Numbered from the stretch's first letter, positions 13,336-26,530 are shown. The stretch: 64,000 bases of DNA from Vicugna vicugna (GCA_013265495.1 MU063554.1:10218794-10282793); one strand, 5' to 3'. Numbers and translations are program-made. Notes: generated by a model from the sequence alone, not told the origin.

Positions 13336-14027
13336 CTGAGGTTGCCCCTCACCATGCTGACCTGCCCAGCGTGTAGCTCACAGTGGACACTGGTTAAGCC
13401 TTGGAAATAGGGTACAGAGGTGGAATTCCTAGTGTCTCTTCCTGCCCACATTGCTGACTATCTGCCCGGATGATGGACAGAGGGGGTTCCCTCTGTGACT
13501 CAGGAAGAGGCTGGACTGGTTCTAAGGTTCTGCTAACAAAGCAGTTTAGACCTCCGGAGACCCTGTCACCTGTGACAGAGGGGGCAGGGACCTGACAGCC
13601 AACCCCAGACACCAAACAAGCGAAGCAAGCATGGCTCAGAGCCTGTCAACAAAGCAGCATGTCACAGAAGATGCCGCGAGCAGAGCTGCCATCACAGAAA
13701 CACCAGGAGGCCAGCAGCTCCCGAGGGCTTGGGCAAGGGAACCATCCAAGAGGAACAACCCTCCCTGGGGACACAGGAAACAGGACTAAGGCGTCAGCAA
13801 CGGGCTTAGATGGTGGCAGACTGTTCCACTGTCCCCCTGCCTGGATGGTTCAAAACCCAGACAAAGTGGGAAAAGGAGCGGCTCATTAGGGGCCGTGCCT
13901 GGCTGAATGGGAGCAGTCTGGCCGAACTCGAAAAATCCTAGGTTCCCAAGAACAGGAAAAGGAGAGAAGGGCAGGTACTGCCTGGTCCCCCTGGGGCCCG
14001 GTCAGCATGGCACGTGTTCTAGCAGGC

Positions 14028-14170
14028 ACCCCCATTATCCCCACCTTACAGGTGAGAAAACCAAGGCACCGAGACAAAATATTTTGCCTAAAACCACACA
14101 GCAGGTGCATGCTGGGGATTATCTGTACCCAGACTCCCCCAGGGTCCAAACCCACTTTCTTACACCACCA
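14028..14170 (-). mobile_element. MIR SINE
   Basis: cccattatccccaccttacaggtgagaaaaccaaggcaccgag...ttgcctaaaaccacacagca. Confidence 0.7.
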
Positions 14171-14184
14171 TGCCAACACCACCA

Positions 14185-14328
14185 TTCCTACAGGTTGAAC
14201 TGTGTCCTCAGCAAATTGATATGCTGACCTCTGGACCCCGTGTCCCCCAGAACAATGAGACAATACAGTCAATACATTTCAGTTGTTTCATTCACCCCCA
14301 CCTCCAGCAGCCCTATCAAACTAATACA
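14185..14328 (+). mobile_element. MLT1 (MaLR) solo LTR with the centre deleted
   Basis: The 5' part ggttgaactgtgtcctcagcaaattgatatgctga is joined to the 3' part ccagaacaatgagacaata...gcagccctatcaaactaataca; both resemble MLT1 termini. Confidence 0.65.
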
Positions 14329-14730
14329 ATCACCTGTCCCAGGAAGTCCTCCTCCACCCAGGCCTCAGTTTCCTCACCAACGCTTGTGTAAATCCTGGGG
14401 TCACTTCAGTGCCCCTGTGTGGCCAGCAGGATGGAGAGCGCGGACACAGGGGAGAGGAGGAGGGGAGCTGGCTGGGCCATTCACAGCCGCCGGCCTGCAC
14501 CACTGCCTCTGCTCCCCTAGATGGCCGCCCGCTCGCTCGCTCAGGCACAAATGCTCTTGCTCTTTTGTGAAGCTGGCTTCTGGGCGCAAGCGGAGCCTTC
14601 ATTTATGAGCCCAGCAGGGAAGTGAACGGAGGGAACGACAGAGTGGAGGCCCCGCGTCAACTGCAGCCGCCCCCAGCCCGGCCCGGCCAGGCACAGAATC
14701 CCCAGGAAAAATCATAGCGTGTGCTGCTCA

Positions 14731-14743
14731 CGATGAGTCATCG
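14731..14743. promoter_or_regulatory. Extended symmetric AP-1 (TRE) site
   Basis: CGATGAGTCATCG = ATGAGTCAT with symmetric flanks, inside a CpG-retaining/AT-rich island. Confidence 0.45.
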
Positions 14744-17700
14744 CAGGGGAAGCAGCTGTGTTGATGAAATTCTAAAGCCGACATGAGAAAGAAAATACGA
14801 ACTGCAATACAGTAATTTAGCTTGTGAACACTCTGGCACATTTTTAATTAAAGCTATTTTGGAGTTAAATAGAGGCCGTGGCGGGAGGGGTGGGCAGTGG
14901 GGGACGGGAAGCCGCGGAGGCCCTCTACCCTGCCACCAAAAACCCCAAAGCCACGTCACCTGAAGACAGTTAAAAGAATAATAATTGCTTTCTCCTGCTT
15001 TTTGCCAAAACGCAGATTTTCCACTTTGTACAGAGCTAGTGGTGTCTGTGTAATTTGATTGCACTGACAAGACGTAGGTGCCAGAATCATGAAGTCTCAC
15101 AAGCCACAGCCTACGAGGCCGAGGCCGAGGCCAGAATCCCATCCTGGCAGCAGTCTCCTTCAGTACTCCCCAACATGATCGTCCATTCCCCTCTCCGTCC
15201 GTCCACATTTGATCACCTCCCAAGATGACACAGTCGCTACCCTAGAAAGAGCTTTCCTTTGGTTAGGCAGACCTTCCTTATTCTGGGCAAGAACCAGCCT
15301 CCTTCTTGGCCTAGGAGACTAGTTGGGGTGCAGTCAGGGCTCCTCAACATGTTCCCACCAGGTCCAGCTGGGCACGGGAGATGCAGCTGTGACCACTGAC
15401 ACTCTGCAGCCCAGTCCTTGAGTGGCTGACAGGCCAGCAGGAGTCAGGGCCAGTCCCCACCAGGGAAAACCCCAACGTTCCATCAGCAAGAGAGGGCAGC
15501 CCACAGGGCGGGCAGACAGAGCAAGCACTGGGCCACCTGGGGCAACTGGGGACCAGAGCTCTCTTCCTGAGCCGAGCCTTGCCCACGGAGTTCTCCCCAC
15601 CTCCGCTGTCCCCCAGCAGTGCCCTACCTGGGAGCCTACTGGCCAGGACAAGCGTGAGGCAGCCCCCTGAGGGCTGCCTGGTCACCCGTGTACCCCCAGA
15701 CCACGCACACAGCAGGTGATCAATTACATACTGAGTGAATAAGTGAGCGCCCACTTTACAGGTGAGTAAATGGAGACCTGGAGAGAGAAAGTGGCTTGAG
15801 GGTCCTCAAAGTTCTTGCCATGCAAGCCACCCCAGGAATCCAAAGGCAAACAAGGTGGCTCTTGCTGCCAGGAAGCCCTGAGCAGGCCAGGGAGGCCCTT
15901 CTCTCACCACCGTTTCTCATTCCTCTTGTGTGGCTCAGAACAGCAATACCCTCCTCCAGGGCTAGCAGCACCCACCCACCCTCAAGGCCCAGCCCTGGCG
16001 GCAGCAGGTGACAGGGGCAGCAGAGCCCCATCCATGCCCCTAGAGATGCCCTGCCAACACCCCGGCCCCTGGGTGCTTTCGCAGTCTGTAGGTAGCAGCC
16101 CTCAGCTGAAGCAAGGGGACCAGGGCAGGCGGGCATGCAATGCACTGGGGGTGGTGGGCCAAGGCCCAGTGTCACACAGCTGCCCCCTTTTAGGGATGCT
16201 GGGTGTGGCTCTGACACCTGCTCACTGGGAGACCCTGGGCAAGACCCCCACCCACCAGCAGAGTCCTTGTGAGGAAGAGACGAGGGATGGGACCTGGGTG
16301 CCCCAGCCCCATGACACTCACAAGCACGCATGGCTGTCACCAGAGCAGCCCAGCTTCACAGGCTTCATTTAGGGAGAAAGAAAAGTTCTCCTAAGGAAAT
16401 AAGAAACTTGGGACATTGCCACACTGGATGGGCTCAGTTCCCAGAACTTCTCCTGCCCTAGCACTGAGCCAGGCAAAAGCCCATTCTAACCGCCTGCAGC
16501 CAGGAAGCCTGGGTCCAGGCAAAATTCTGTCTGTGCCCAGAGAGCATGCATGGCCCAGGCATGGGTATAGACTGGGGACAGATCCCTACTGCTAGTGCCT
16601 CCAGGACAAGACCCTCAGTCTGATCCCTGGGAACAGGTCAGAGCAGGCTTGCGGAAGTGGGGACCAGGCAGACCCACCCTCTGCCCAGGTGGCAGCCGAA
16701 CCCCTGATGATCCAGACATAGGGGCCCTGCCAACCTCCACCTCTTCCTATGTGGGTGGCGGGCAAGGGGACACAGCTAAGGGGGGGGTTCCCTGTGAGAC
16801 CAGGGGGGTGTCCAAAGGGAGGAAGGAGGAGGAAGGGCTGCCATTCTGCGGCCTGAGCATGTGCACGTGTCACACGAGTCCAAGGCCAAGTCCACCATGT
16901 GGAACTCGGTGTATTTTCCTAATGGGACAGTATGGCCTAGGAGAGCAAGAGTCACAGGGTCAAGGGACACTTTTATCCTTGACCTTGGAAACAGGACCAC
17001 AGGCAGTGCCCTGCTGGACTGCAGAACAACATTGCCAACAGCATCCCGAACTAGGGGCCTGAGCTCTCAACCTGCTTCTCCCCAGAAACACTGACACAAA
17101 GAACAGCCAGACTAGGGCTGCCTCACATGGCCGCCGGCCCCCCTCATACCCCCCAACCCGATGCTTCTGCCACTGGAACACGGTCCTGGCCTTCATCCTG
17201 CTGTATACTGGCTGAAGTCAGGGACTTCCTCCCCTACTCACTGGACGGGAACCAACTCAAGAGCAAAGGCCCGCAAGTCCTAATGCTGCCCCCACCCCCC
17301 CAATCACTTCTGCCTGCAGCTCCCGCAGCCCACACTGCACCCCCTCCTTAGCAACCAGGACCAGCCCAGACCTGACTTACTCGGAGTGTCTGGGTCTAAG
17401 GAGCCCTAGCCCACAGCCAGGTGAGACCCCAACCCTCCCCACCCTCGCCAGCCCCAAGGAGCCGGCACATTTTGCAGCCAAGCCCTTCTGCCTACAGCAC
17501 CTGACACGAGTACATGAAGTCTAAAACCAGGCCTTGCGATTCAGAGCCTGGCTCTGTGTGTGATGTGGGGTGTGGCTGCGGTGTGCGGAGGAGGGAGGGA
17601 CAATCCAAATGTGAACCATACCCTCTGCAGTGTCCTGCTGGGCTGGGGGAACTGTCCATGCAACCCCTGCAGGAGCGAGGCGTGGGATGGCAATTGTGGG

Positions 17701-18494
17701 GCTGCACTTGGGGCCGTGAGCATCCCAGCAGCCGCCCAGCGGGCAGAGAGGGTGCCTGAGCAGGGCAGTGGCACCAAGCCCACTGGCTGCCTAGCAACGG
17801 GGCCAGGCAGCTGAGCCCTCCTTGGGGTTGGTTCCCAGAGAAATGCTCTGGGCATCCCGGCGCTCCTTGTGGGCCAGTGGGCATGGCAGGGGAGGGAGAT
17901 GTTGAGATTAAGCCAGGAATGAGTACAAGGGAGAGAGAGGCCAGAGGGTTGGCCAAGCCAGATGGCCCCTGGGCATCCCAACCAGGCTGACTACACCTCC
18001 CAACACCACCCCCTACAGAAGGGAAGACCCCCACCTCATCCTGGCCACCCAAGCATGCCCCCCACTCACGTTCCAGCCGCACTCAGCAAGGGCACAGATG
18101 CCCGTCTCCATGCCTCTCACCCCACACCACCTCCCCCTGCACTGCCCTCATCACCCACTTCCAACCGCCGTCCCTAAGCTGGGATGCCAGGGATGAGGCC
18201 AGGCCCAGGAGGGAGGAGGGTGAGCCCCAGCCCGGAGAGAAATCGGCGTGGCAGGTGCAGGCAAGCTTCCGTATGGGTCTGAGCGAGGGCACGCCAGCTC
18301 GCAGACCACTGCGGGGACAGACAGGGAACGGCTGTGAAGAGGGACTCCCTGGAGGCCATAGAGCAATGACTAGGTCCTCAACCCAGTTCCTGGGAGGCAA
18401 CTCTGGGCAGGACTGGGGGCAGGTGGGTGGTGAGGGGCAAGCTGGGGCGGGGGGTGGGCACTGGAGAGGCGGGTGGTGGCAGGGCCCACAGTCA

Positions 18495-18605
<111 letters not shown>

Positions 18606-21394
18606 TCAGCAGACCATCTGCAGCAGGAGAGCCCGCTGCCCCCACTCCCCTCGGGTGGGCCTCTGAGCCTGGGTTTCTTGGACCTGCAGAAAGAGGATGA
18701 GGGGGACCCTCATCAGCTTGTCCCAGGCCAATTTGGGTCCAAAAAGAGTTCTCACAAATGATCCCCTGATGGGACCCTCGCCCAGGGGCAGCCCACACTA
18801 AGGTCCAGGGTCCAGAGAGGCCCCTCCCCTGCAGAGTGGGGACCTGAGGCTCCAAACACGCCGAGTCAGCCTCTGGGCTTCCATGTCTCCATCCTACCCA
18901 ATGCTTAGGAGCCTCTACAATTTTGGGGGGGGGTAGAGGGAACATAACACAGGTAAGCCACCACCTTTCCTGCAGTCAGGGGCCGGGTGCCAGTCCCAAG
19001 CATGCATGCCTCATTTCTGATTTCATTTCTCATTTCTCTGGCCAAGCTGACCCCACTTTACGGCCACAGTAGAAGCAGGAGAAATTCCACCACTGGGGCT
19101 ACCTGCAGCCCGGGTCCTGCTTCCCCATCAGGCTGGAAATAGACTGAGAAAAGAAGAGTAATGACAAAGTCACTCCAGGCCGGACAAGGGCAGAGGGGCA
19201 GGGGGAGGGGGGCGGAACACGGGAATGGGAAGGTTGGGGCAGGTGGGGCAGGGGACCAGTCACAGCAGATGCAGGTGTGGAGGGAGCACAGGTGGATCTG
19301 AGCACCTCAGTGACAGGAGGGGCACCTCCCCAAGGGCTGTGCAGCCACGCGATCAGGGCTGGCCCCATTCCCAAATGCCACGACCTTCCAGGCCTGGAGC
19401 TCGGCCAGGTCCCGCACACTCCTGCCCATCGGCACCACTGTCCTCCAAGGTGCCCCCAGTGATGGGAGGCGGCTTTCCTGCAGAGGCGCCTGTTTGCCCT
19501 TGACCTGCCCACTGTGGGTCACTTTGTTCCCCAAGCATCTCAGAAGGACCCCCAGGAGCCTTGTCCACCAGCCCTGGACCAAACCCAGGCGCATTCAGCC
19601 CAGCCCTGGGCAGGAATGGGGGCGGCCCAGCTCCTCCCTTTAATGATACAGCTGACTTCCCCGCCTACCCCACTCTCCACACCATTCACCTCTCAGGAAT
19701 GCGGAGCCTCCCAGGGAGGGAGAGGCCCCGCCCCAACAGCCTGCCCACAGTCACCTCTGGGGTCATCCCCCCGGCAGCCACAGGGCAGCTCTGCTGGGAG
19801 CCTGCTGTGTGGCCTACAAGAGCTGAAGTGTCTTCCTCACAGCGCACAGCAGGGCAGTGGCGGAGGGGGGGCTGGACCCCAGGCGGTGACCCCAGGCGGG
19901 AGAGGCCTCCGACTTGGACCCTGTGCCCATACCCAGGGCTGGGCAAACCCCCCACTTCCCAAACAGGAGACCCTCGGCGGCCATTACAGTCCATGTCCGG
20001 TGCCCGCCCCCAACCTCGGTTTACCCATCAATCTGCCAAAACTGACCAGCCATTCCCACCTCCCTTCCACATCCCACCCACACAAACAGGACTTATGGGA
20101 AGGGCCTCAGTGTTCAGGGGGTGCTGGGCCCTCTGAGTATGTGAGGGAGATGGGGTGTAGCCTGGGCTCCCCAGCCCTTTGGGTCCTCCACCTGCTGCTG
20201 GCAGGAAGGTTCCCTGGAACACCAACTGGGAAACAGTGGACAAGATAAACTGTGAAGACCCTCCCAGCTCTTTCATCCTCACATGTTAAGACAACCAGGG
20301 ACCTCTGTGTGGTCCCCCTCTGGGTGGGGTCGGTGGGAGGGGACTGTTTACCCCGTGTGGGATGCATGGCAGCCCCTGCATCTGGCGCCTCCTTGCAGCC
20401 TTGCAGGGACTAAGCAAGTATCATCTCTGTTTTCTAGATGAGGAGGCCACAAGGAACAAAGTCTCCACTCGCTGGCAGATGAGTGGGGAGGCCCAGGCCC
20501 TGGACTTCCAGCCCTCTCCCCACCACCCACAAGTCAGTGCTCAGGATCTGAGCGTTTGGCCTCTCTGAGCAGAGCTGACAGCAGAGGTCCCTGAAATAAG
20601 ACGTGGTTCTTGGTGAAGCATCTCCCCAGATGCTCCATTACTGCCCAACCCTTGGGCACAGCCTCAAACCAGCGCCGCTGTTCACCACAGCCCCACCCTC
20701 GGACGCACTGCCCAGCACAACCCTGACGTTGGGGGAGGAATCAGCCGCTTGTGTGTGACCGATGGCCTGAGTGGGGTCCCTCCCGCACTGCCCTGGACAG
20801 CCATGGAGCCATCCCACCAGTGGGCACGATGCCCACTGAGTCTCCTGGCCATTTTGTCTCCCTCTGCCATGTCTATGGGGTGAGCCAGGAGCCCCCAGGA
20901 CTCCCCTTCTTGGTCAGACGGCAGTCGGAGTTATGGCCTGGGACAGAGTCAACAGACGTGCCAACCAGCTTGGCGCCCTCGCTGGACAGCAGGCAGGCCG
21001 GACAAACCACTGCTCCTGTCTGAGCGAGGACCTCACACCCACCTCCTGGGACGGCAGTCCAAAGAAAAGAGTGGCGACAGTGCCAGGAGCAGGGACACGG
21101 GACATCTCACGTCCCACAATCAACCCAACCACACCCCCCCACACCCACCGCCAGCGCCAGGCCTTAGGGCGCACAGGCCACGTCGGCGGCTTCAGACCAA
21201 GGAGCTGCCCTACTCAGCCCATCTGTCTGGGGTCGCCCCAAACCCCAAGCGGCTGTGGAGAATGAGCCACACTTCAGACACCAGCGTGTGCTGGGATTTT
21301 CTTTTAGTTTCGAAAGAACAATACAAGAATCAAAGTAGTTTTCAATCCTCCTGGGCTGCACCTATCTAAGGAATTAATTCTAATTATGAAGAAT

Positions 21395-21715
21395 GCAGAC
21401 GGTGTTACAGTGGCCAAAACTGGAAACAACTAGTTGTCCAACAATAGCAGCGAGTTTACACCCTGCCATCACTCAAATGACGTTGTGTCCTAAGCAATAC
21501 GGAAGAACGCTAAAACAGCAGTGAAAAGAACTGGACACAAAACTATATGTGTAATTGCTGTTATGTTTAAAAATACCCACGTATTCAATTGAAGTCAGGA
21601 ATGAAGCACATGGAAATACTGACCGTGGGGTTGCTCACACGAGGGAATGGGTGGTTATTTTTATTTATTCAGAGTTTCTTGTTAATTTTCAAATTATCTA
21701 CTTCTAGAAGAGGGA
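21395..21715 (+). mobile_element. Old L1 3' fragment (L1ME-like)
   Basis: AT-rich block with gtggccaaaactggaaacaactagttgtccaacaatag and ttaattttcaaattatcta, typical of L1ME 3' ends. Confidence 0.6.
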
Positions 21716-24229
21716 GAAATCTTTCTTCTATGAAAAAGGAGAATGGATTAAATTACTGCACCCTCACACTGCAGAGGCCCCGTGAATGTCAAAAAGGGCA
21801 AAAAGGGTGGCCAAGAGGGTGACCAAGAGGACGGCCTGGACAGGTGGGCCCAATCAGCCCTCTGCCCTTCTCCCAGGCGCAGGCCCAGTCCTGTAGAGTT
21901 TAACGGGCTTTGAGGCCCCCTTCTGGAAATCCCGGATACGCCTCCCTTGGCACACCGGACTGTCCCCACATTCAGCTCCCCAAACCAGGCTCTGCATGCT
22001 GCCAGGAGCCAGGTAAACCGACATCTGGTCACCTGTGAGTCAGCGCAGGGGCCTGGCAGCGGGGAAGAATGAAAGCCAGGCGGACCCTCAAGTCGGGGGT
22101 GGTGGGGAGGGAGAGCAGGAGGAGGGCAGGGGTGCCAGGAAGGGCCTGGCTCCCTGGGAGGACGATGTTTCCAGCAGCCTCAGGCAACTCACGATCCCTA
22201 GGGGCGCCTCCATGCCCCAGCCTCTTGGAGACAAGTGTGTAATTAAATTAATCCTAGGGTTTGCAGTAATGAGGAACGGAGCCAGCAGGGAGGGACGCGT
22301 CATTTCCTGGCTTGACTGCTGGAGGGGGAATGAGGGAGGTGACTAGGAAGGGATCCCTGGCCCTCCCGGGGCTCCCTGGCCCAATTCTGGGGATTCGTGA
22401 TCCACCTTCCATCTGGGGGACGGGGGTAGATCCCTGCAACATTCTCACTTCCAGAAGCCTGAACATCAGCCCTCCCTGCGCCCCTCCTTGTTCCCGGGGC
22501 GCAGGGAGGACCAGTGCAGCCCATGGGTGGGTAGGAGTCAGGGGGCTGCAGGGTCTGCAAGCCCCTCCCCACCGGCACTGATTGGTTCCACCGAGGAGTC
22601 CTGTGCCAGCTCCTGGCACTGACCATCAGGCTACTCTGCCCTCCCAGAAGCTGTGAGGCCGGGAACAGGTCGTGCCTCCCCTCCTGGCCTGGTCAGCCTT
22701 ACCATCAGTCCAAACTGCAAGAATGTGGGGGCCAGAGGCCACGTCTGATCACCCCTGTCACCCTCCTGACCTAGCTCACCATTGGGCACATAGTAGGCCC
22801 TTGGGAAAACCTACAGACCTAACAGGAATTCATCCGGCCGGGTAGCTCAGACCCATCTCCCTGAAGGAGAAAGGAGAAGGTTCTCAGTTCTATGAGCTCC
22901 CACCAGCAGCAGCTACAGGGAGAGTAAGGCACGCTCAGCCTGTGACTGTGACATGCCGCCCAGGGACACCCCAGACAAGGAGCTGCCAGGGCCACAGAGT
23001 GCAGAGCACCCCGGCGGCCAAGGGCAAGTGCCTCTCAGACGTCAGTCCACAGCAGTTTACAGCATCGTCTCGTGCCAACTTTGCCATTTGTTTACATCTT
23101 AGTTTGAGTGAGACAAGGTTTCACATACAAAGGGGTACGTGGGAGGGGACCCTGGGAAACCCAGGTTGGGGGCAGGGAAGTGAGGCATGTAACTGAAGGA
23201 GCTGATGAGAAGTGTGAATCCCTCTTGGGACCTCAGAGTTGCTGGCCAAGGGATGACTGGAGGGAGCGGCTCCCGGCCCCAGCACTGCCCACCTGGGGAG
23301 TGGACAGGAGAAGCTCCCGGGCAGAGCTGCAGGGCCAGCAAGTGACACAGGCGGTGGGCCTGGAAGCAGTAGTGTGCCCAGGGATCTGGATCTAGCGTCT
23401 GCCACGGCTCAGGAGAAGGTACGATTTTCCCTCTCTGCATAGAGGGAAGTGGACAGACGCTGGGGAGGGGGGGCACAGTGACAGTGACATGGGCCTGGCA
23501 CTCCAGCTGCCACCTCTTCCAGGGACCCCACCAGTCCTGCCTCCCTTCCAGCCCCCTCTCATCGAGCAGGGTCCCCATAAGGCCTCGGGGGAAGGCAGGC
23601 TCTGTGACAGGTATGAGCAGCAGACACAGCCAGGCCATGCTTTGGGCCCCTCTATGGGGGCACATGCCCGGTGGCTCTGCGGGGAGACAGCTGACATTTC
23701 CACGACACGGCTCGGCTGATTCAATTCCCTTCTCCTTCCACTTCATTAAGAGGGGTCGGCTGCAGCATCGGGCCAGTGGCTCCATCCAGGCGGAAGGGCC
23801 TCGTTAAACAGACGCGACCTCATCATTCAGGCCCCCCTCCCTCTCTGCCCCATAGGATGAGAGCAGCTCCTGAGACTTCTGCCTTCCCGTGATGGGTTCC
23901 TCAGCTTCTCCCCTTCTCCCCCACCCCAGGATCCACCCCCAAAGCGGGGGGTGAGGGCCGCACAGACCTGAGGGTCTGGAAATTGGAAATTGAAACCGAG
24001 CAGGGCAGGCCCAGGAGATGTCCCCACACTGCAACTTGGAGCCTCAGTCTCCACCCGTGCCTCCCGCTGCCCTCTCACAGGTAACCTCAGACCCTTCACC
24101 CCCATGCGGAGGTTTCCCCTGCCCACAGGCATGGAGAAGAGGGTGTAGCGATGCACCGAGTCACTCAGGCACGGCCACCGGGAGAACCTCCCACAGGGAG
24201 CTGTGACCAGCTCCAGGCACCAGGGCCAG

Positions 24230-24570
24230 TGCAAGGATCTGAATGTTGTGTCCTCCCCAAAATCCGTACTTTGAAACCTAACACCCAAGGTGATGCTATT
24301 AAGAGGTGGGGCCTTTGGGGGGTAATATGGTCATGAGGGTGGAGCGCTTGTGAGTGAGATTAGTGCCCTAATGAAAAAGACCCCATGGAGCTCTCTCGCC
24401 CCTCCACCAAGTGACAGCAGGGAGATGGCAGCTATCTACTATCCAGGAGGGGCCCTCCCCAGACACCGAACCTGCCAGCACCTTGACCTTGGGCTCCCAG
24501 CCTCCAGACCTGCTGCGCATAAGCCACCTAGTCTGTGATGTGGTCACAGCAGCTCAAACACACTAAGACA
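24230..24570 (+). mobile_element. MLT1A-type MaLR solo LTR
   Basis: tg...ctgaatgttgtgtcctccccaaaatcc...gaggtggggcctttgggg...ccagcaccttgaccttgggctcccagcctccaga...ctaagaca; near-matching 5-bp TSD gccag/gacag. Confidence 0.88.
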
Positions 24571-26204
24571 GACAGCAAGACGAGGCCACTTCAGCAAGAG
24601 CCGTCGGTGCCCACATGCCAACGGTGCCTTCATCCTCCTGTTTCTCACTGTGAGCAGGTGATTGACCTCAGTTTCAGATGAAGAAACTCAGGCTCAGGGA
24701 GGTGCAGTGATGGCGGCAGGCCAGGCAGCAGTGAAGCAGCCTCCCCTTCCTCTGGCTCAGGGCGGCCCTGGGCTCAAGGCGGCAGCAAAGGCCACACTAC
24801 CTGCGGTGCCTGACCCTGCTGGGAAACGGCCAGTGCTGGTGGGTACTCAGTCCCCAGGCAGCTGCTGCCTATCTGCCCCGCCCATGGGCCAGGCTGGACA
24901 GGTCTGGGCTCATGTTCCTGCTACCCTTGCCTCTGATGAATGAGCACTTCCTGGTCCCCTAGCAAGGCCCAGGACACGGGCCTGGGGATGGCCCTGTCTT
25001 CTTAAAGGACCTGGAGGATGTTCCAACTTCAGGCCCACCTCCTCCCTGGACCCTGGGCAATCTCAAAGGTTACCAAAGGATTGAATTCTTGCAGAGCAGA
25101 GGGACTCCAAATCCAGGACTGGAAAGGAGAGTTACCAGTTTCACGACAGTCCCGGCCACCAGTGGGGTGTGAGCTCTCCATCACTAGCGGAAAGCAAGCA
25201 GAGGCTGAATGCTGGACAGAAGCCCCGAGAACGCTGAAGTTTCCTGACTTAGCTGGGAGCAGGGCACAGGAAGTTGTGTATGTACAGTACAGATGTACCC
25301 ACTCTGCTACCCTCTGCTCCTCCCAGGGACCCTGGCAGGTGAGGGGCAGAAAGCCTGTCCTAGAAGGAGAAAAAGGATGCTCAGAGAGTGAATGGGTCCA
25401 CCCAAGGTCACAGAGCCAGGTGCCAACAGGACCTGCTTGTCCAAGGGCGTGGTCCCCTTCTGCGAGGGTCCCTCAGCCTAATGAAGGAGCTGTAGGAATA
25501 GCCCCATTTGCTGAAGGGCAAAGGAGTGAAGAGGTGCAGCCTAGGGATGAGGGGGGCAGAGAGCCAGGATGTGTCGGTGGGGAGAAATCAGGGACTCCTT
25601 CCTGAAGGAGGCGGCATTTGAAGTAAACATGGAAGAACAAGCAGGATTCTGACAGGCAGTCAAGTAGGGTGGGGATGGAAGGCAAGTCCCAGCTGAACAT
25701 GCAGTGTGAGCAAAGGCACAGAGGTGGGACCGGGACGGGCAGGTCCAGGAGCACCTGAGCCGGCGCCCATTAGCGTCTGCCTCCTGGCACACACCACAGC
25801 CTAGGAGGTGCAGGCTGAATGTGAGACAGGTATTATTTATGGATGAAGGCGAGAGGGAGGCTTATCAGAGGAACATCAGGTTCCTATGAGGACGCCTTTT
25901 GGCGGTGGCAACGCTAAGCCAAGTGAGCTGCCCCTGCCCCTCCCTCCTCTAGCCAGGCCCACCCACCCAAGCTGCCCGCAGAGGGTCTGCAGGGTGGTGC
26001 AGGCCAAGGCAGCCGGCCGCAAACTCAGTGATGACTTCCAGAACCTCGGGTGTGTGAAGGAGTTCCAGTGTCCATGCAGGATTTGAGAAGGGAAACTTCT
26101 TTCCCATTCACACATGCAGATTTTACTGAGCACCTACTGTGTGCTAGCAGGCACCTAGCAAAACCCCAACTCTTCTGTCACCCACCGTAATCCTCACACC
26201 AAGC

Positions 26205-26530
26205 TATTCTTTACTGTGGAGGAGCCTGGGACTCAGGTTAAGCAGCAAGTCCAGTATCACATAGTGAAAAGACTGTGCGGCTGGGATTTCAAACCCAGGT
26301 TTGTCTGGAGCCAAAACTCTTCCCACTCTGCGCGAAGCCTCCCCGGCAGCCCTGGGGTCCCACGCGATCACCTGGGCCTCTCACGTCACTATCACCATGG
26401 CAACTGGTGCTGCTCATTCTAAGCCTTGACCCTGTCAGGGGGACCCAGCAACTTCCACCCATTTCCCTGATGAAGAAACTGAGGTTCAGAGGGGCCCAGT
26501 AACAGGCCCAGTCACAAAGCTCATAAAAGC
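26205..26530 (-). mobile_element. Two adjacent MIR fragments
   Basis: gggatttcaaacccaggtttgtctggagccaaaactct (~26280-26320) and cccatttccctgatgaagaaactgaggttcagagg (~26457-26492). Confidence 0.65.

Noticed and set aside
17381-17405. 25-nt exon-like segment ctag|GGCTCC...CCGA|gtaagt in intron 2
   Set aside because: Poor pyrimidine tract, weak -1 donor base and frameshifting length; typical pseudo-exon.
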